Source: Schizochytrium sp. TIO01
Taxonomy: Eukaryota > Protista > Bigyra: Labyrinthulomycetes
Length of the DNA stretch: 64,000 bases
Reading direction: 5' to 3'
Assembly (NCBI GenBank): GCA_004764695.1
Contig: SMSO01000025.1
Coordinates: 62,001-126,000 of the forward strand
Of the stretch, positions 1 through 13,495 are shown in pieces (the stretch's first letter is position 1; every line of letters starts with the position of its first letter). The translations under genes were made by a program, and so were the position numbers. A model generated the notes under the pieces. That model did not search any database and was not told where the DNA came from. It saw only the letters and a program-made list of their open reading frames with translations.

Positions 1-1437
1 ATTAATGGTCCGAAATCAACGTTTTGGAAGAACGAGTTACCATAAAGCCCACTTCATATCTTTCATGTTTTAAGAGCTCACCCTGAGTTCCAAAACCTGC
101 ATTTTGAGGGGACATGAGCTCGCTAACATGTTTATCAAAACATAATCAGTGCATAGAGTTAGTAAAAGGCACCAATGCTACTTTCAAAGAAATCTCGTCA
201 GAAAGTACATATTGTTCGCCAGAAGAATTAATGTTTGGATTTAGGAGATGAAGTCTATCATCTCAGTCTCTGAAGAACCTTTCACTATTGGCCATGAATG
301 GAGAGATCAAAGGACAACTAGTTTCATGTAAAAACAATAGGAAACAGCATTTTTTTGTAAACTGAGAAATTCTCGAATTTTAGACTTGGATAACTCTTTC
401 AGTCTTTCCATGGAACAAAGAAAGTACAAAGTTTCACTGTTCTTCTCGTTTCTCAACAACAACTGTCTTCATAATCTTTTGACTTCAAAAATTTCGAGTT
501 GAAAAAGGCCCTAAAGTCATCCTCACGAATCGAACCCCCCAAAGACTAGCAAATAAAGCAAGAAAGGAAGAAACAAGAAAAAAGTAATGCGAATGCACTA
601 TCCAAAAGTACATCGAGGTGGTATTTCCGTTGCCTTTTGAGGTTTGCATCGGTTGTATATTGCACGTCCAAAGTCAATTATATTTACACAATCTATCTTA
701 TGATCATATGTGATATCGCCTAGAGCTAAATCTCCGTGAGCCACAGTCAGTGATAGATCGCAAGAAGCTCTCTGCGGTTTGGGAGCGCCAAAAATCCTCT
801 AGTTTAGTCTTGGCCAGCATCTGTTGTTGAGATACTTGTACATTTCCCTATTCACCACGACAGAGATGAGCAAACCCTGGCGCTTCCTAAGCGTTCTGAC
901 CTACATGTTAATTTTACTATTTGAAGAAGCACGGTTGTTCTCTATAGCATCGCCACAAAACTATTATCTTCAACATCGTCATCATCACATACACACGGCA
1001 TCCCTAAGCTGAAAATATGACTTTGGCAATACGAGCTGATGTTGAGGTCTAAGGAAATGGGGTGAAAAATATTTGTGAGTCCAAGGGAGAAACTCAAAAC
1101 AAAACATAGAAACATCAAGAAACAGTATGGTGCGACTGTTAGGCTCAGAAATTCTAGTGAAGATACAACAAAGTAAAGTCCTCAACCCGTTCCCAAACAT
1201 ACCCACGACGTTGGGCTAGAGTCATGGCGAGGCAATTTATGAGGGTTCATACTCTGAGCATCAGGGCGATGTTAGGTTTATAGTTGTTTAGGTGCGTCTG
1301 GCATGCTTTAAAAGCTTTGCCTGCAAGAAGCAGAACTATTGCCTAAGTTACTTGTATCCTTGTAACTTAAAAATAATATATCCGCAAGGGCTTGATTAAA
1401 GCTAAGGTTTTTGCCCTGGCCATGCAAATATAGCCCT

Positions 1438-2058
1438 CTAGGTCATCTTGCTTTTATTCATTTCATTTGAGCTTTCGCTACCTTTTCCAAATAATGCCTC
1501 AAGGTAGCAACCAAGCCCTTGAGTCCAGACGAGATGCCATGCAACAGCCACGGATGCGCCAATGAGCCATCCCACAATAACTTGGTCTAGAGTATGGTAC
1601 TCCAGATAGACACGGCTCCACCCTACAAGCAAACTCCCGACGAGCAAAGCAAAAGACAATGCTCGAGGGTACCGGAATTTCCCCAGTTGCTTTTGATTTT
1701 CCATAAGGGCAAAAACCGCTAGGAATGCCATAAATTGAGAGTGGTTACTAGGCATGCCATACTTGCCAAAATAAACTAGATGTTCCTTATCTGCAGGCCT
1801 CGGCATGCGCACCATATGCTTCAAAACCACGTTCACTACTACATTTCCGAGCTGACCAACAAACATGAAGACCAATTTGAGTGGAAACCCAAGCGCTACG
1901 CACACAGAGACATACGACACCACTGCAAAGATAGGTGACAAAGTGCACAATGCCAACACGTGACCTAAGAGGTCCCCTTCATTGTAGTGCACCAACGTCA
2001 ACGAAAAGGGTATTTTGCTAACGGCAGCGTCCTCTATTACCACAGCATCCGGCGGCAT
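1438..2058 (-). CDS. DOLPP1: Dolichyldiphosphatase (PAP2 superfamily)
   Basis: PAP2 motifs K..VRMPRP, YGMPSNHSQ and SRVYLEYHT.DQV with several TM helices. N-terminal PFSLTLVHY..GD.LG is typical of DOLPP1/CAX4. First ATG is at 2058 (the ORF track starts upstream at a non-ATG codon). Confidence 0.88.
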   Translation of the reverse strand: MPPDAVVIEDAAVSKIPFSLTLVHYNEGDLLGHVLALCTLSPIFAVVSYVSVCVALGFPLKLVFMFVGQLGNVVVNVVLKHMVRMPRPADKEHLVYFGKYGMPSNHSQFMAFLAVFALMENQKQLGKFRYPRALSFALLVGSLLVGWSRVYLEYHTLDQVIVGWLIGASVAVAWHLVWTQGLGCYLEALFGKGSESSNEMNKSKMT

Positions 2059-3228
2059 CCTCTTTCTTGACGATGCTAAGTGCCCTGCTCTAGGATCCAA
2101 ATAAAACTTCAACTGAGTCTGGTTGTTAAAAATTCCACTTCCCCTGGAAACACAGCCAGCGCTTCTAACCTGCTCATCAAGTTGAATATTGCGTTTGAAG
2201 GATTTGGAGCAGCCGTCTCACGGGAAAAGTTGGAAAGCAACGTACTGAGTGCTATATTGGGTCTACTAATTACCAAACCTAATTAGAAGTATCAAGTGCT
2301 ACGTAGGTTTTACATACCAATCAGCAGTGAGTAAGGAATGCAGTCTTTTTGTTTACTCGAATACAACACGTCTCAGCCTGGGCTAAGCTAAGCCAATAAC
2401 AACCTGGTAACACCAGGCTAGATCTTCATTTTCGCCACCCAGCTTTCATTCAAACACAATTCGACCGTGTTTGCCGCTTTAGAGATTGATTCATCTCCAG
2501 TGCCTTAAGAGTAACGATTATCCTTATAATAAGTTTCTACTGTGAGCCGTCTGTTTATTTATTTATTATATCATGATGATAAATAAAACAATAAAATAAA
2601 ATCTTAGATAGTAAATTCCTTCAATCTTTTTGTTCTTGTTTGTTCCTTTTGTTCTTTCTGTATTCCAGACTCAAAGTTAGCTACCCGAATCCTAGTACCT
2701 CTAGTGATTCCCTCCTCGACAATCTTTTCTTTCTTTCCTTCAACTTCTGTCCAGCTCTCTTCAAACCCGGAGTGATATCTGTCTTCTTGCGGTGGGCTCG
2801 AACGTCAACTCTGCGCAAGGGTCACCTTACGTACGCCCTTGCTCCGGCAACCTCCTCCCGCTGTGCGCAGTGAAGCCTTCAATCGCGGAACTGTTCTTTG
2901 CGAGGCCTGGAACCGGTGAACGGGCAGGAACGAGAAGGGGCTTTTCTTTTGGTGTCGCGGGGCGCAGCTCTTCTATTCGTAGGGTTTGGCCTTGCTTTAT
3001 TTTCTTTGATTATAGACTCCTGTAGTTCCTGAGCAAACCATTGGAGGTCGTGAAGTGGTTGTGGAAAAACTATACACTGCGTGTGGCTATTGGATAATCA
3101 ATTAAAGGCATTCGAATATTTGGAGATCTTCATATCTGCTTAATACGTCTCGATATTTGCGTTACAGCTTGCTACATCGGGCCAGCACTTACTTGCTGTT
3201 GTCAAGTAAATACTTTTGAGGTTGGAGA

Positions 3229-4708
3229 ATGCTTGCAGCGACACATCCATTCTCACATGGAGTTAAAAGGTCTGCGTGGCATGCTGGAATATCATCTTTG
3301 AGAAATCGATCTAGCACAAAGAGCTGGGTCACACCGCCAGTATTAGTGTCTTTACCGAACAGCTCAAATGTGGCTTCTTGGATGCCTTTCAGAAGAGTGA
3401 TACGTAGGAGGAAATGCACACAAGTGAATGCTTCTGCAGAACAGCAGGATGCCCTCAAAGATCTCTCCACACTTGTCGATGCAGACCCACACGCTCTACA
3501 GCGCCTTGGACGTGCCTTGAGTCATCGCACACTAACAAATCTACAGAAGGCTGTGCATGCTGAAGCTGAAGCAATGCAGAAACTTACGACGCCACGTCCT
3601 ACCAATAAGCAGCTTATGCTCGTTGCACTTGCCCCCATGCCTCTTTTTGTAGTGTTTGGCATCATTGATAATGGTACGTTTGTTCAAGATATTTGCACGC
3701 TCTTTGTATTTGCAGTGAAAAACTGACTTTTACACTTGACTTACATTCGCCACCACTTCGCTTTGGTTTGGGCCTTTTGTTTCGACATCAGCAATCATGA
3801 TCGTTGCCGGCGAATATTTCGATGCGACGCTGGGAGTTGCCTTTGGAATATCGACAATGGCTGCGGCAGGTTTAGGCAACCTTGTCAGTGATGTCTTAGG
3901 ACTTGGTGTTGGTGGCATGGTGGTAAGTTGAATGTGCCTCAATCCCGCGTGACTGCTGCAATGCGGAATGAACTAACATAGAGCGTGGCCATTTCAGGAA
4001 GAGCTTTTTGAAAAAATGGGGCTGGCCAAAGATCCTGGCCTGACCCGTGCCCAAGAGAGTCTCACGGTGGTACGCAAAGCCCGCCTGTCTGGTAATGCTG
4101 TTGGTGTTACAATTGGGTGCCTTATTGGAATGTTCCCTCTCTGGTTCATGGATTTTGATCAAATCGCTCGACGTAAGCACCAATCCAAACTAGACGAACT
4201 CTTTGAGGCTGTCATGGAATATGTAAACGAAGCCTTGCAAGCAGAGTCTGCGACTTTGTATATTGTTGATGTGGAGCACAACGAGCTTTGGACACGTGTA
4301 TCCGTTGGCAGTAACCGGGATTCGCGACGAATTCGCCTTCCCATGACAAAGGGTGTCATTGGTCATTGCGCCGTCACTGGGGATGTTGTAAATCAAAGTT
4401 TTCCTCAAACAGGTGGAAACGTACTTTGCACACCCGTTTTTGGACGCACGGGTGAAATTATTGGTGTAGTTCAAGTTCAAAATAAAAAGGATGGAGCTCG
4501 ATTTAGGGTCAAAGATGAGGTAGCTCTAGCAGCAATGTCTGCTCATATCAGTTGCGCCCTAGAAAGAGTAATAGTGGACGCAGACGCAGAGCGCGCATCA
4601 GAGCAAGACGAGCTATTGCGTGCGTTAAAGGCGAGCTTTGAACATCATAACCATCATTTACGGTTTGCCACTGAAAGAGCAGACGGAGGTCGCGTAGAGC
4701 TTTCATGA
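3229..4708 (+). CDS. TMEM65-family mitochondrial membrane protein fused to a C-terminal GAF domain; 3 exons (3229-3673, 3792-3922, 3998-4708), 428 aa
   Basis: Introns 3674-3791 (GTACGT..CAG) and 3923-3997 (GTAAGT..ACTAAC..CAG) join in frame. They give the TMEM65 signature FGIIDNAIMIVAGEYFDATLGVAFGISTMAAAGLGNLVSDVLGLG and G.TIGCLIGMFPLWF, followed by a GAF domain with VQVQNKK..RFRVKDE. The N-terminus is R/S-rich and transit-peptide-like. Confidence 0.88.
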
Positions 4709-4933
4709 TTAGATTCTTCCTGAACATCCTGCCTGCATCATATAGAGTGCAATATTTAAATTTATACACATTTTACTATTCAATACTCTCCCGTGCATTA
4801 ACCTAAACGGCAGAGCGTCGCTTTCTCGACTGCTTTGGCCTTATTTAAGATACAAATCATTTCTTTTCAAAACTAATGATGGAAATTTTGAATTGGAAAA
4901 AGAAGAAGAAAAATAGGTTTACTGATATACTGA

Positions 4934-7900
4934 TCAACCGCTAGTGTTGCCGTTTGTTAGTGCAGAGACATTAAATTTACGGATCACTGCTCCACTGCGA
5001 CGTCTACCGTGAAGTTTGGCTTTGCCATTGGAAGCGTCCATCCACTGCAGCATTGAAAGACTGGGCCCGTCTGTGTCACTACAACCACCATGGGAAAACT
5101 TGGAGCAGGCAATTCGCTCTAAGACCAATAGCCATGATGGGAGATCAAGAAGGCTAGTGGTGCTTGAATAAGCCAGTATTTCTTGATAGAGTTCTCTAAG
5201 CTGGCCTCGTCCCACCAGAGATGGCATGATATCAAAGTCGCTGCACATTTGCACAAGTGCATCCCACTCTATCCCTTCGCGAATTTGATGTACCATCGTT
5301 CGATGATCAAGGGAGGATCGCTGCTGGGCTCGAGGATCCCGTTCACGCTTTGCATACTGAGAAAACATATCTTTGAGAGGCTTGCGTTCACGCCGCCACA
5401 CCTTTGACTGGAGAAACTCACCTGCACTCTGTGGTCGGGCATTTTCATCATCGCTATCTACGTTCCGTTCGATGCTCGGGCTCGCATGAATCTCATATCC
5501 ATCTGCGCGGCCTGCATGAAGACCAATCTGTGCCTTAATCATAGTAGACGGTTGTTGATGCTCCTGACGCTGGTGCTGACTCAACGCATCCAATGAATGA
5601 GAAACTGGGGTCAGCTCTCGTTTGCGTAAGACTACTCCAAGCTTGTTGTTTACATAGCGAATGAAAGCCTCGTGCTGTAACAGAGACTCCATCCCATCTA
5701 CTGTGCCGCATGTGGATGATGCGCAGTGATCCAATACAGCTGCAAAGGCTACTGCATCCAACTTTCCTCGACGGCTAGACTGGTCAGCGAAGCTAGAGAA
5801 AATGACGTCGCAATTGGCACGTGTGAAGCGATGAGGAAGAATTTCTGTCTTGCGTACAAAGTTGTACATGCTCGTAAAAGAAATGGCAGGTGGCGGGCCA
5901 TCGTCCGGTTGCAATGCTATGAAGATTTCACGCCAAGGTTCCTGTTCCATCAAATTACGTTTACCAGTACCCCCGGTAGATGGGCGCTGCACCTCGAGCC
6001 TCTTTGGAGTTTTAGGACCTGCTTGAGGTGAGCTATTAGAAAAGTTGCTTGTGCTGTTGTGTCCTTTTCTAAGCCCCGGCATCGATGCTGCAGAGGATGG
6101 TCGGATAGAATAATTCCTTGGGGATAAAGCTAACGGATTGCCAGCCAATGTGTGCTCAAGTCTTGCTACTTGAGTTTGCAGTTGCAAACGATCCCCCTCA
6201 GTGCGTTCCAGACGTTCCTCGAGGCGCGAACGCGACGCCGTGAGTGCCTTGATCACCATGCGATATTCAGTCTCCAACTGTGACTTGATAAGCTCTGTTC
6301 GGTGAGTTTGGTCCCTCGATGCTTCTTTCCTTTCGTCTGCAAGGGCAGTTTTCAAACGTTCAAGCTGCCCTCGAAGAGCATCAACTCCGTGCGGCCCGTT
6401 TTCCTCTTCACGTTCATTTTTCAGTTGTTCAATAATTTCTTCCTGAGTCTGGACTATAGAACATGCTTCTTCGTACTCGCGAGTCATATTTTCCAGTTTC
6501 TGTGCTGTGTTTTGAGCGTCAAGCTCTCTTGTATGTGTTCGATTTTCCATGTGAACAATCTCGTTTCGTAAAGCTTGACTCTCTGCACGGGACTGTCCAA
6601 GATTTGTGCGTGTTATATCCAACTCACCCTCAAGATTCTTGATTCGATCGATTGCATTCTCTAACTCTGCAAACGTGCCATCGGAGTGCTTCTTATCCAA
6701 CCGAAGTGACGCGAGTTCGCCTTCGAGATTTGCTCGTTCATTGCGTTCTCGAGCGAGGGCGCGTCGAAGTTCTTCCAGTTCCTCTGTTTCAGGCAAGAGA
6801 CTAGTTTTTCTGGGTGAGATACAATCGCGATTCACTTCATCTGCAGCAAAATCAAGAGCCTCCTTCAGTGTAGCTACCTCTTCTTGTAGGGAAAGATTAT
6901 TCTCTTCGAGGTCTTGGTTGACTTCAAGAAGACGTCTACCCTTCACGTTCGTGGTCCTCTTGATTTCGCTTGAGAACCACGATCTCCTCTTCAAGAGCTG
7001 TTGCATCAGCCCAGCTCTTTTGTAGGTTGTTCAACTGCTCCTCTAACTCTGCTGCTCTATCAGCTTTCGCTTGAATTTCCAAAAGCTTATTTTGTAAATC
7101 ATTCAAGTTCCCACGCAGATTTTGGTTCTCTCGTTCAAGTTGATGATTTTCCTTGTTTTGTTGCTCTTGTGTTTGCTTTAAGGTGAGTTGAAGGTTTGCT
7201 GATGTAGCTTTAGCTTGGTTTTCAAGTCTTGAGAGCTGTTCAATTTTTGTCTGTGTTGAGGCAAACTCTTCTTCAAGCTTTCTGTACCGAGACTCCCATT
7301 CTTTGGCTTCGTAGCTCCCCTCCGTAGCCGCTGCAGATGCCTTTTCATTCGCCATAGCCAGCTCTGCTTCCAAGCGCTCGACAGACTCAGCCTTCGACCT
7401 CCACAAGGCGACACTCTGTTTCAAGGTCTCGCACTCGGTGCTAAGCTCCTTCTCAGCTGAACTGTGAGTATCTTGAACTGCCCTCAGCTTGTCATTGACA
7501 GTGTTTTGCTCACGTTCGAGATCATTCTCAGCCACGCGATACCTGTTCTGTGCCTCAAGAAGCTGCTCTTGCTTTTCGAGAAGCTCCTTTGCTTGCTTCA
7601 TGACAGTTTCTTCGAGGTTAGTAAGTTTGGCACGAGCCTCACCGAGCTCCTTCTTTGCTTCATCTTGACTTTGCTGCTGACTTGCTGTTGCTTTGGCTAG
7701 TTGTGTCCGAAGATCGTCGAGCCTTTGCGCCATTTCTTGAGATCTGTTATGGAGAAGACTCTGGGTGGACTCTGATTCCAAAAGCTTGGCCTTGAGGTCC
7801 TGCATATCACTAACTTGCGAAGTGTACTGAGACATAGCCTTTTCTTTCTCACATGTTACCAGTACTAACTTCTCCTCTGTATCTTTTAATTGTTGCTGAA

Positions 7901-10900
7901 GAGTATTTGCTCGCTCAATTTTATCTTGCAAACCCTGGTCACGCTGGGAGGCTTCCTGATGAGAAGATTGACGCTCCAAGTTGAGTTGTTTGGTGAGCTT
8001 TTCAATTTCAGACAGTTTAAGTTGATTGTCTTCATCACGCCTGGCGTGTGCACCTTGTAGTTGCTGCTTAACAAAGTCAAGCTGCATCTTGAGGTCCTCA
8101 ATTTCCGACAACTTGCTGCTCATGCCTAGTTCGTACTGAGCTTGATTGTCCTGTACTTGTTTGTTCGCCAATTCAAGTTTTGTCTTCACATCCTCAAGTT
8201 CGGCTAGCTTGGTCTTAACCTCCTCGTCATGTCTATTTTGTGTGTTCTCAGTCATCTGACTGACAAGTTCTAGACGCTTCTTCAAAGTTTCAATTTCGGA
8301 GTTTTTAGTATTCAGATCCTTTTCGTGTTGAGCAGTTCCAACTTCAGCGCGCTCTAGCGTAGCTGCGACCTCTGTTTTCAAATTCTCAATTTCTATTTGT
8401 TTCCGCTCGCAATCTAGCTCAAGCTCCGAAAGCACGTTTGCTTCCTTTTTCATTTTTGCTAGATCATCTTCCAGTTGCTCCATCTTTGCACTACGTTCTT
8501 GCATGGAGAGCATTCTTTGCTGTAGCCGCTCGGTGTCATGCGCTTTCTCACGCAAAGTTGCAGATTCATTTTGCGAGAACGTAAGTTTCTCACGTAAAGT
8601 GGCAATTTCTGCTTCGAGATTTGCCATCTCAAGCAGCTCCTGATCCATAGCAGAATTCTCCTCGCGCAATTTTGTGAGCTCTTCTAAATCGCTGGAATGT
8701 TTGCGTAATTCCAGGTTGAGTTCCGCGACCTTTGCCTGCAGTTCATCATGGGTATCCTGAACGTGGGCGTTACGCTCGAGTTCTTCAAGAAGCACGGATT
8801 TGTCTTCCTGTGCTTGAATCAGTGCAGATGCTTGTTCAGAGACCTGTTGCGTGAGTTTGTTCAACTCAGATCGAAGTGTTTCACGCTCTTCACGAAGGGC
8901 TTCTAGTTCTTTTACATGAATATCGAAGTTGTTCTCAACTTCAAGAATCTGCAACTTTTGCTCAGCCACTATTTTTTCACTTTTCTCTTGCAGAGAAACC
9001 AACTCGTCAACCTTCGCATCCAACTCACGGTTCTGGCGCTTAGCGTGTTCCTTTTCTTTCCGTTCTTGTTCAAGGAGCTCGCGTAGATCCTCTTGCGTTT
9101 GTACGATGTTTTCAAGTTTCTTCTGCAGGTCTTGATTGGCTTGCTGTAGTGGTGTCAGATCTTGCAACTGACTTTGCAGTTTGGAATGTTCTTTTTGAAG
9201 CTGGACCAAGTCTTGATGAACACTAGGGGAGCTTTCCTGGGCGCTAATAAACTTTCCGATCTCTTCTACTAGAGCATCGTTATCCTTTTGCAACTTACTA
9301 GCTTGCGCAGCTTTGGCGCGCAGCGCCTCTAAAGCATGCTCTTCGCGTTCAAAAGCGGCATGGTCGTCTTCAAGACGCCTTACATGGGTCCTCTCTAATT
9401 CTAAATCTTCCTCCAGTTTGGTGACAGCAAATTGCATTCTGTTCAATTCTCCACTTAGCTGTTCCTTGCTTCGTTCCGAAGATGCTAGCTTATTTGTTAA
9501 GTCCTCTGTTTTCCCACGGCGACAGTGCAAGCTCCAGATCATCATCGCAGATCGAAGCGTGATAACTCTTGACTGAGAGTGACGCAGAATAATACTTCGC
9601 ACGATGAGGCTCCGGGCCTGGACCAACTTCACATGTGATGGAGTTATAGCGAAAGCTGCTGACCCAGCATGCCTGGCCTGTTCGATAAGGTCGCTATTGA
9701 TAATCGCCAAGGACCCGGAGCTAATGCGCGTTTGTTGATTGCTGCGTTGTGTTTCGTCAGAGTTGAGAAACGATGTCGTTTTGGTATTCATAGTATCCTC
9801 ATTACCTTGCACAATGCAATCCTCATCTGCCCCACTGAGCGTGAGATCTGAAGCACTTAGAGCGTCACGAACACGTTCAAGTGCCTCCATGGCACAGACG
9901 TGCACGGAGTCACTTGCATCCCAGGCATCCTGACGGCGCTGTATAATGTTTTGCATTATGGTAACTGTTTTGGTGGAAATGAGACCTGTTGTTGCAAGCC
10001 ATAATAAGTCATTCTCGTCAAGAACGCAATGAAGGAGATGTACGGCATCTGCTGCTGCTTCAGTATCCTGATCAAGGTCTATAAGCACGTTACAAGCAAC
10101 CTGAATGGCACCTGATTCAGCAGCATGCCGTCTAATTGTAGAGGCAGTGGCTGAGGACACAATAGCGGCAAGTACAGCGAGTCCTTTGGCTCTTGCCGCA
10201 TCATCCATTCCTCTTCGTCCTAATCCTTTGCAGAGCGCCTGGATAGTCTTTGATATAAGTACTGTGGCACGGTTTTCCTGAATAAGACTTTCCAACTCAA
10301 AAATGATAAAGTACATGGCCGTACAGACTGAAGCTAACACGGTAGGATCGCAGTCGTCAAAAGAAATAGTATGCGCCATCGCCTTGACAGCATCCTCTTC
10401 GATCATACGGGCTTTGTTTGTTTCTTCAAGCGCAAGCGCTTTCAGTACTTTGCAAGCCGCCCTCGCGACTCGCATATTTGAATGCATTTCTAAAAGGGCC
10501 TGAGAGGTCGCCCGAATAACACCGTCCGAGCCCAATCGAGAGCGACACGATGAGGAGCTCGCAAGACCAGCTAATAAGGTAAGAGCATCAACTACAAGAT
10601 GTTCATCGCCCGAAGCATTTGCTCCAAGGGCAGTTTGCAGAATTGAGGTAACCACCGAGCCGATATTGGCCTCAACTAACTTGACCTTATTCTCGTCGCA
10701 GTACCCAAGAGCTTGGCATAATGCACAAACTTGAGCAGCCGATTGGGCATCGGAAATATCAATAAGTGGTAGCAAGCTATGGATACATCGCTCAATGTTC
10801 ACAGAAATCAAGCTGAGGCCATGGCCGCTCAGTAGAGCGAGAGCATCTTGTGCTGCATCCCTAGCTTGGCCGATTGGGAGTTGGGCAAGGTGATTTACGA

Positions 10901-11411
10901 CTCCATTAGCACCTCCAGAACGGGCAATTTCATCTAAACGAAGGTTTGCTCCAGGGCTCTTTGTTTCGTAGCATAAGTCTTGGTCAATTGCAGAGAAACC
11001 AGAATCACGATGGTCTGTGACAGGGCCATCATCATTGTTGCTTCGGCTAGGAGCGAATCTTGCAAAGAACCCCAGCTTGGAGGAGCCTGATCTAGATTGC
11101 TGCTGTGATGAAGGGGATGAGGGCGTATGATGCTGTCGCTTTTTTTCTTCAAAAGTTCCACTTCGGTGATCACTGATCCTTTCTGAGGCGTCGTCCTGAT
11201 CCTCATGGGAGAATCTGGGAAGTCTCCCTGAAGCGAGCCCATCCCGTGAAGTGTCAAGCCGTAAAGCAGGTCGCTCATGTGCATGGTGTTGATGATGCAA
11301 GTGTTGCGCAGCCCTCTTTCGTTGTGCTAGAGGTGTGAGTGAGAACTCCCCATCTGAAGACACATCAGAATCGCTAAAGTCGCTGAGGTCTTCGAGTTCT
11401 GTGTTCTCCAT
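4934..11411 (-). CDS. Very large ARM-repeat + long coiled-coil protein with C-terminal p25alpha/EF-hand-like helical domains; one +1 frame break near 6936-6940 (fused about 2158 aa)
   Basis: ORFs 6936-11411 (1491 aa) and 4934-7006 (690 aa) overlap. Coiled-coil heptads run on across the junction (LEEEIVVLKRNQEDHEREG / RRLLEVNQDLEENNLSLQEEV). ARM-like repeats include ACKVLKALALEETNKARM and ESGAIQVACNVL. Confidence 0.75.
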
Positions 11412-13495
11412 CGCCTTTTCCCTGGGGGAAACCTGACGTTTGATTTAATTTATGCTGGAAATGGAGCTAGTGCACTCTCGATGAAGCCGGTCAATCTGCT
11501 TATGGTCACAATCGCTACTGTGTTTACTGCAGTGAAACTCTATTTCCTAACGTGGACTTCAAGTATTGGAGATCCTGCCTGGACCAAAAATGTAAATCTA
11601 AGTCACCGTTTTTCGTGAATTCTTCGAAGTTGCTGCTGACAATGTTCGTGTTAATCCACTTGATAGTGCCCCGCTAGCGTGTAATCTATTATTGCTGGCT
11701 GGTTGATTCTCGGTTCTTGCCTGCTGTTTGGCAAGGGCTTGAAGGGTAGGTATGAAATTGGGGGCTTCCTCTATACCTTTCTTCAGAAAATCAACAAAGC
11801 AACCCAATCAACAGAGTGTTCCCTATCCTCCACATGTAAAGCAAGACACTCACAGCTGGTTTAATTGCTCAACAGCCCAATTGCTCAACCGCACAATAAA
11901 GGACTGCCGTAGAAGGCAAATGTGTCTCGCGTCTACGTGCACGAATCAGACTCAGGCTTCGAAAACGGGGTCCTATTTGTTGTTCAATTACATAAGAGTC
12001 CTACGATCTGGAAGTAAGTAAAACTAGAGTTTTACTACTAGTGTAGTACTAGTACTACTATTAGTGAAAGGTCTCTCGTTTCGTTTTGACAATAAAAATG
12101 GCCGTTGAGCAGATTGCTTCGGTTTTATTGATCATGAAGGGCTTCGCGAGAAGCCCTAGAATGCCATTGATTGGCGAAAACAGTGCACTGCATGTTGATA
12201 CAAGGCGATTTTCTCTTGATTGCACAACTTTGCAACTGCATAACCAAGGTGTTGTCATGGAAATAGATTTGATCTCTCTCGGATACTGCTTTCTCATTTT
12301 TCTTTCGTTGTCAGTTTGAAGACTAAATAGAATGGGCTCAGCACCGAGGGGCTCAGAGAAACAATATAGCTTGGCCAACGTAGATTTTTTAAAAGAAGCA
12401 CTAACATTATTAGAAAAACTAGAGGGCTTTCTTAGTAAGTGAAAAAGGGTCTCAGAAATAGCGAGATCTTCGCCTACTATTGTGCATTGGAAATTTAAAA
12501 AAAAAAAAAAGTAAATATGGAAAAAGTGTGTATTATTAGGTCAGCTTTGTCAAGATTTAAGTCAGTCAGCAGATTTATTCGTAGCTCATTTATGCTTAGT
12601 GGGACTACATCCTTTTTTTATGGTGGCATTCATACAGCATGTGCGATAATTATTCGAGACACAGATTGGGAGAGAAATCGAGAATTTAATGATGGATATA
12701 AAATGATCATTTGTATGCTAGATGAATAGAAGAGAACAAAAGATAGAATGCGATAAGACTTTCAGTAATAGAGAAACAGAGTGTTTTGCCGTCTGACGCA
12801 CATGTTTAAGTGGATCAATATAAAGGGGAGGAAATATGCGAGCAATTGGATTTATAGCGTGCTTGTGTATGGAAATATGGAAAAGCAATGGAAGTCCTGA
12901 TCTTCTCTCGAAAGCTCTTTTGGAGAAAATTACATGGGAGACGGGAATGTGGATGGACAATCAATTGTTTGCACGCAATGGGTGGAAAGTGGAGGCGGTG
13001 CAGTCGATAGTCAAAGCACCAGAGCCACCTAGCATTCCGGGGTGAATTCGGTGGTAGTACATGAAATTATGTGTCATGGGCGCATGCGAGGTTATGTATG
13101 CGAAGTAGGATTATTTTCTTCATTTGAGGTAGGGAAAAACAGTCTGGGAGGACGACTGGCCAGGGCAGATGCGAGCGACAAGGTGAATAGCCTCTCTATA
13201 TGTATATGTAAGCAAGCATAAACGGCGAAGTATACTGTGTACAAGGGGCTGACCAGAACTCCCGTGAGAGGGTTTGTTTGCATGAAGCTTGTTGGTTGTT
13301 TTTTCAGAGATCCATGCTAAATAAGCATGCAGACGTGAAACTGCAGGGGCAATGACCTAATATTGTAAGCAATCACTAGCGATCTCGACCTTGCAAGGCG
13401 AATGAGGAGCAGGAGCAGGATAACAGATGACACGTAACGGGGTTGGGGAAGCTTTAGCTTTTTGCAGCCAGCCTACAAAAGGCTAGCCCCTTTCT

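Noticed and set aside
2600-3050. Short ORFs between DOLPP1 and TMEM65-GAF
   Set aside because: No recognisable domain and stops interrupt all frames.
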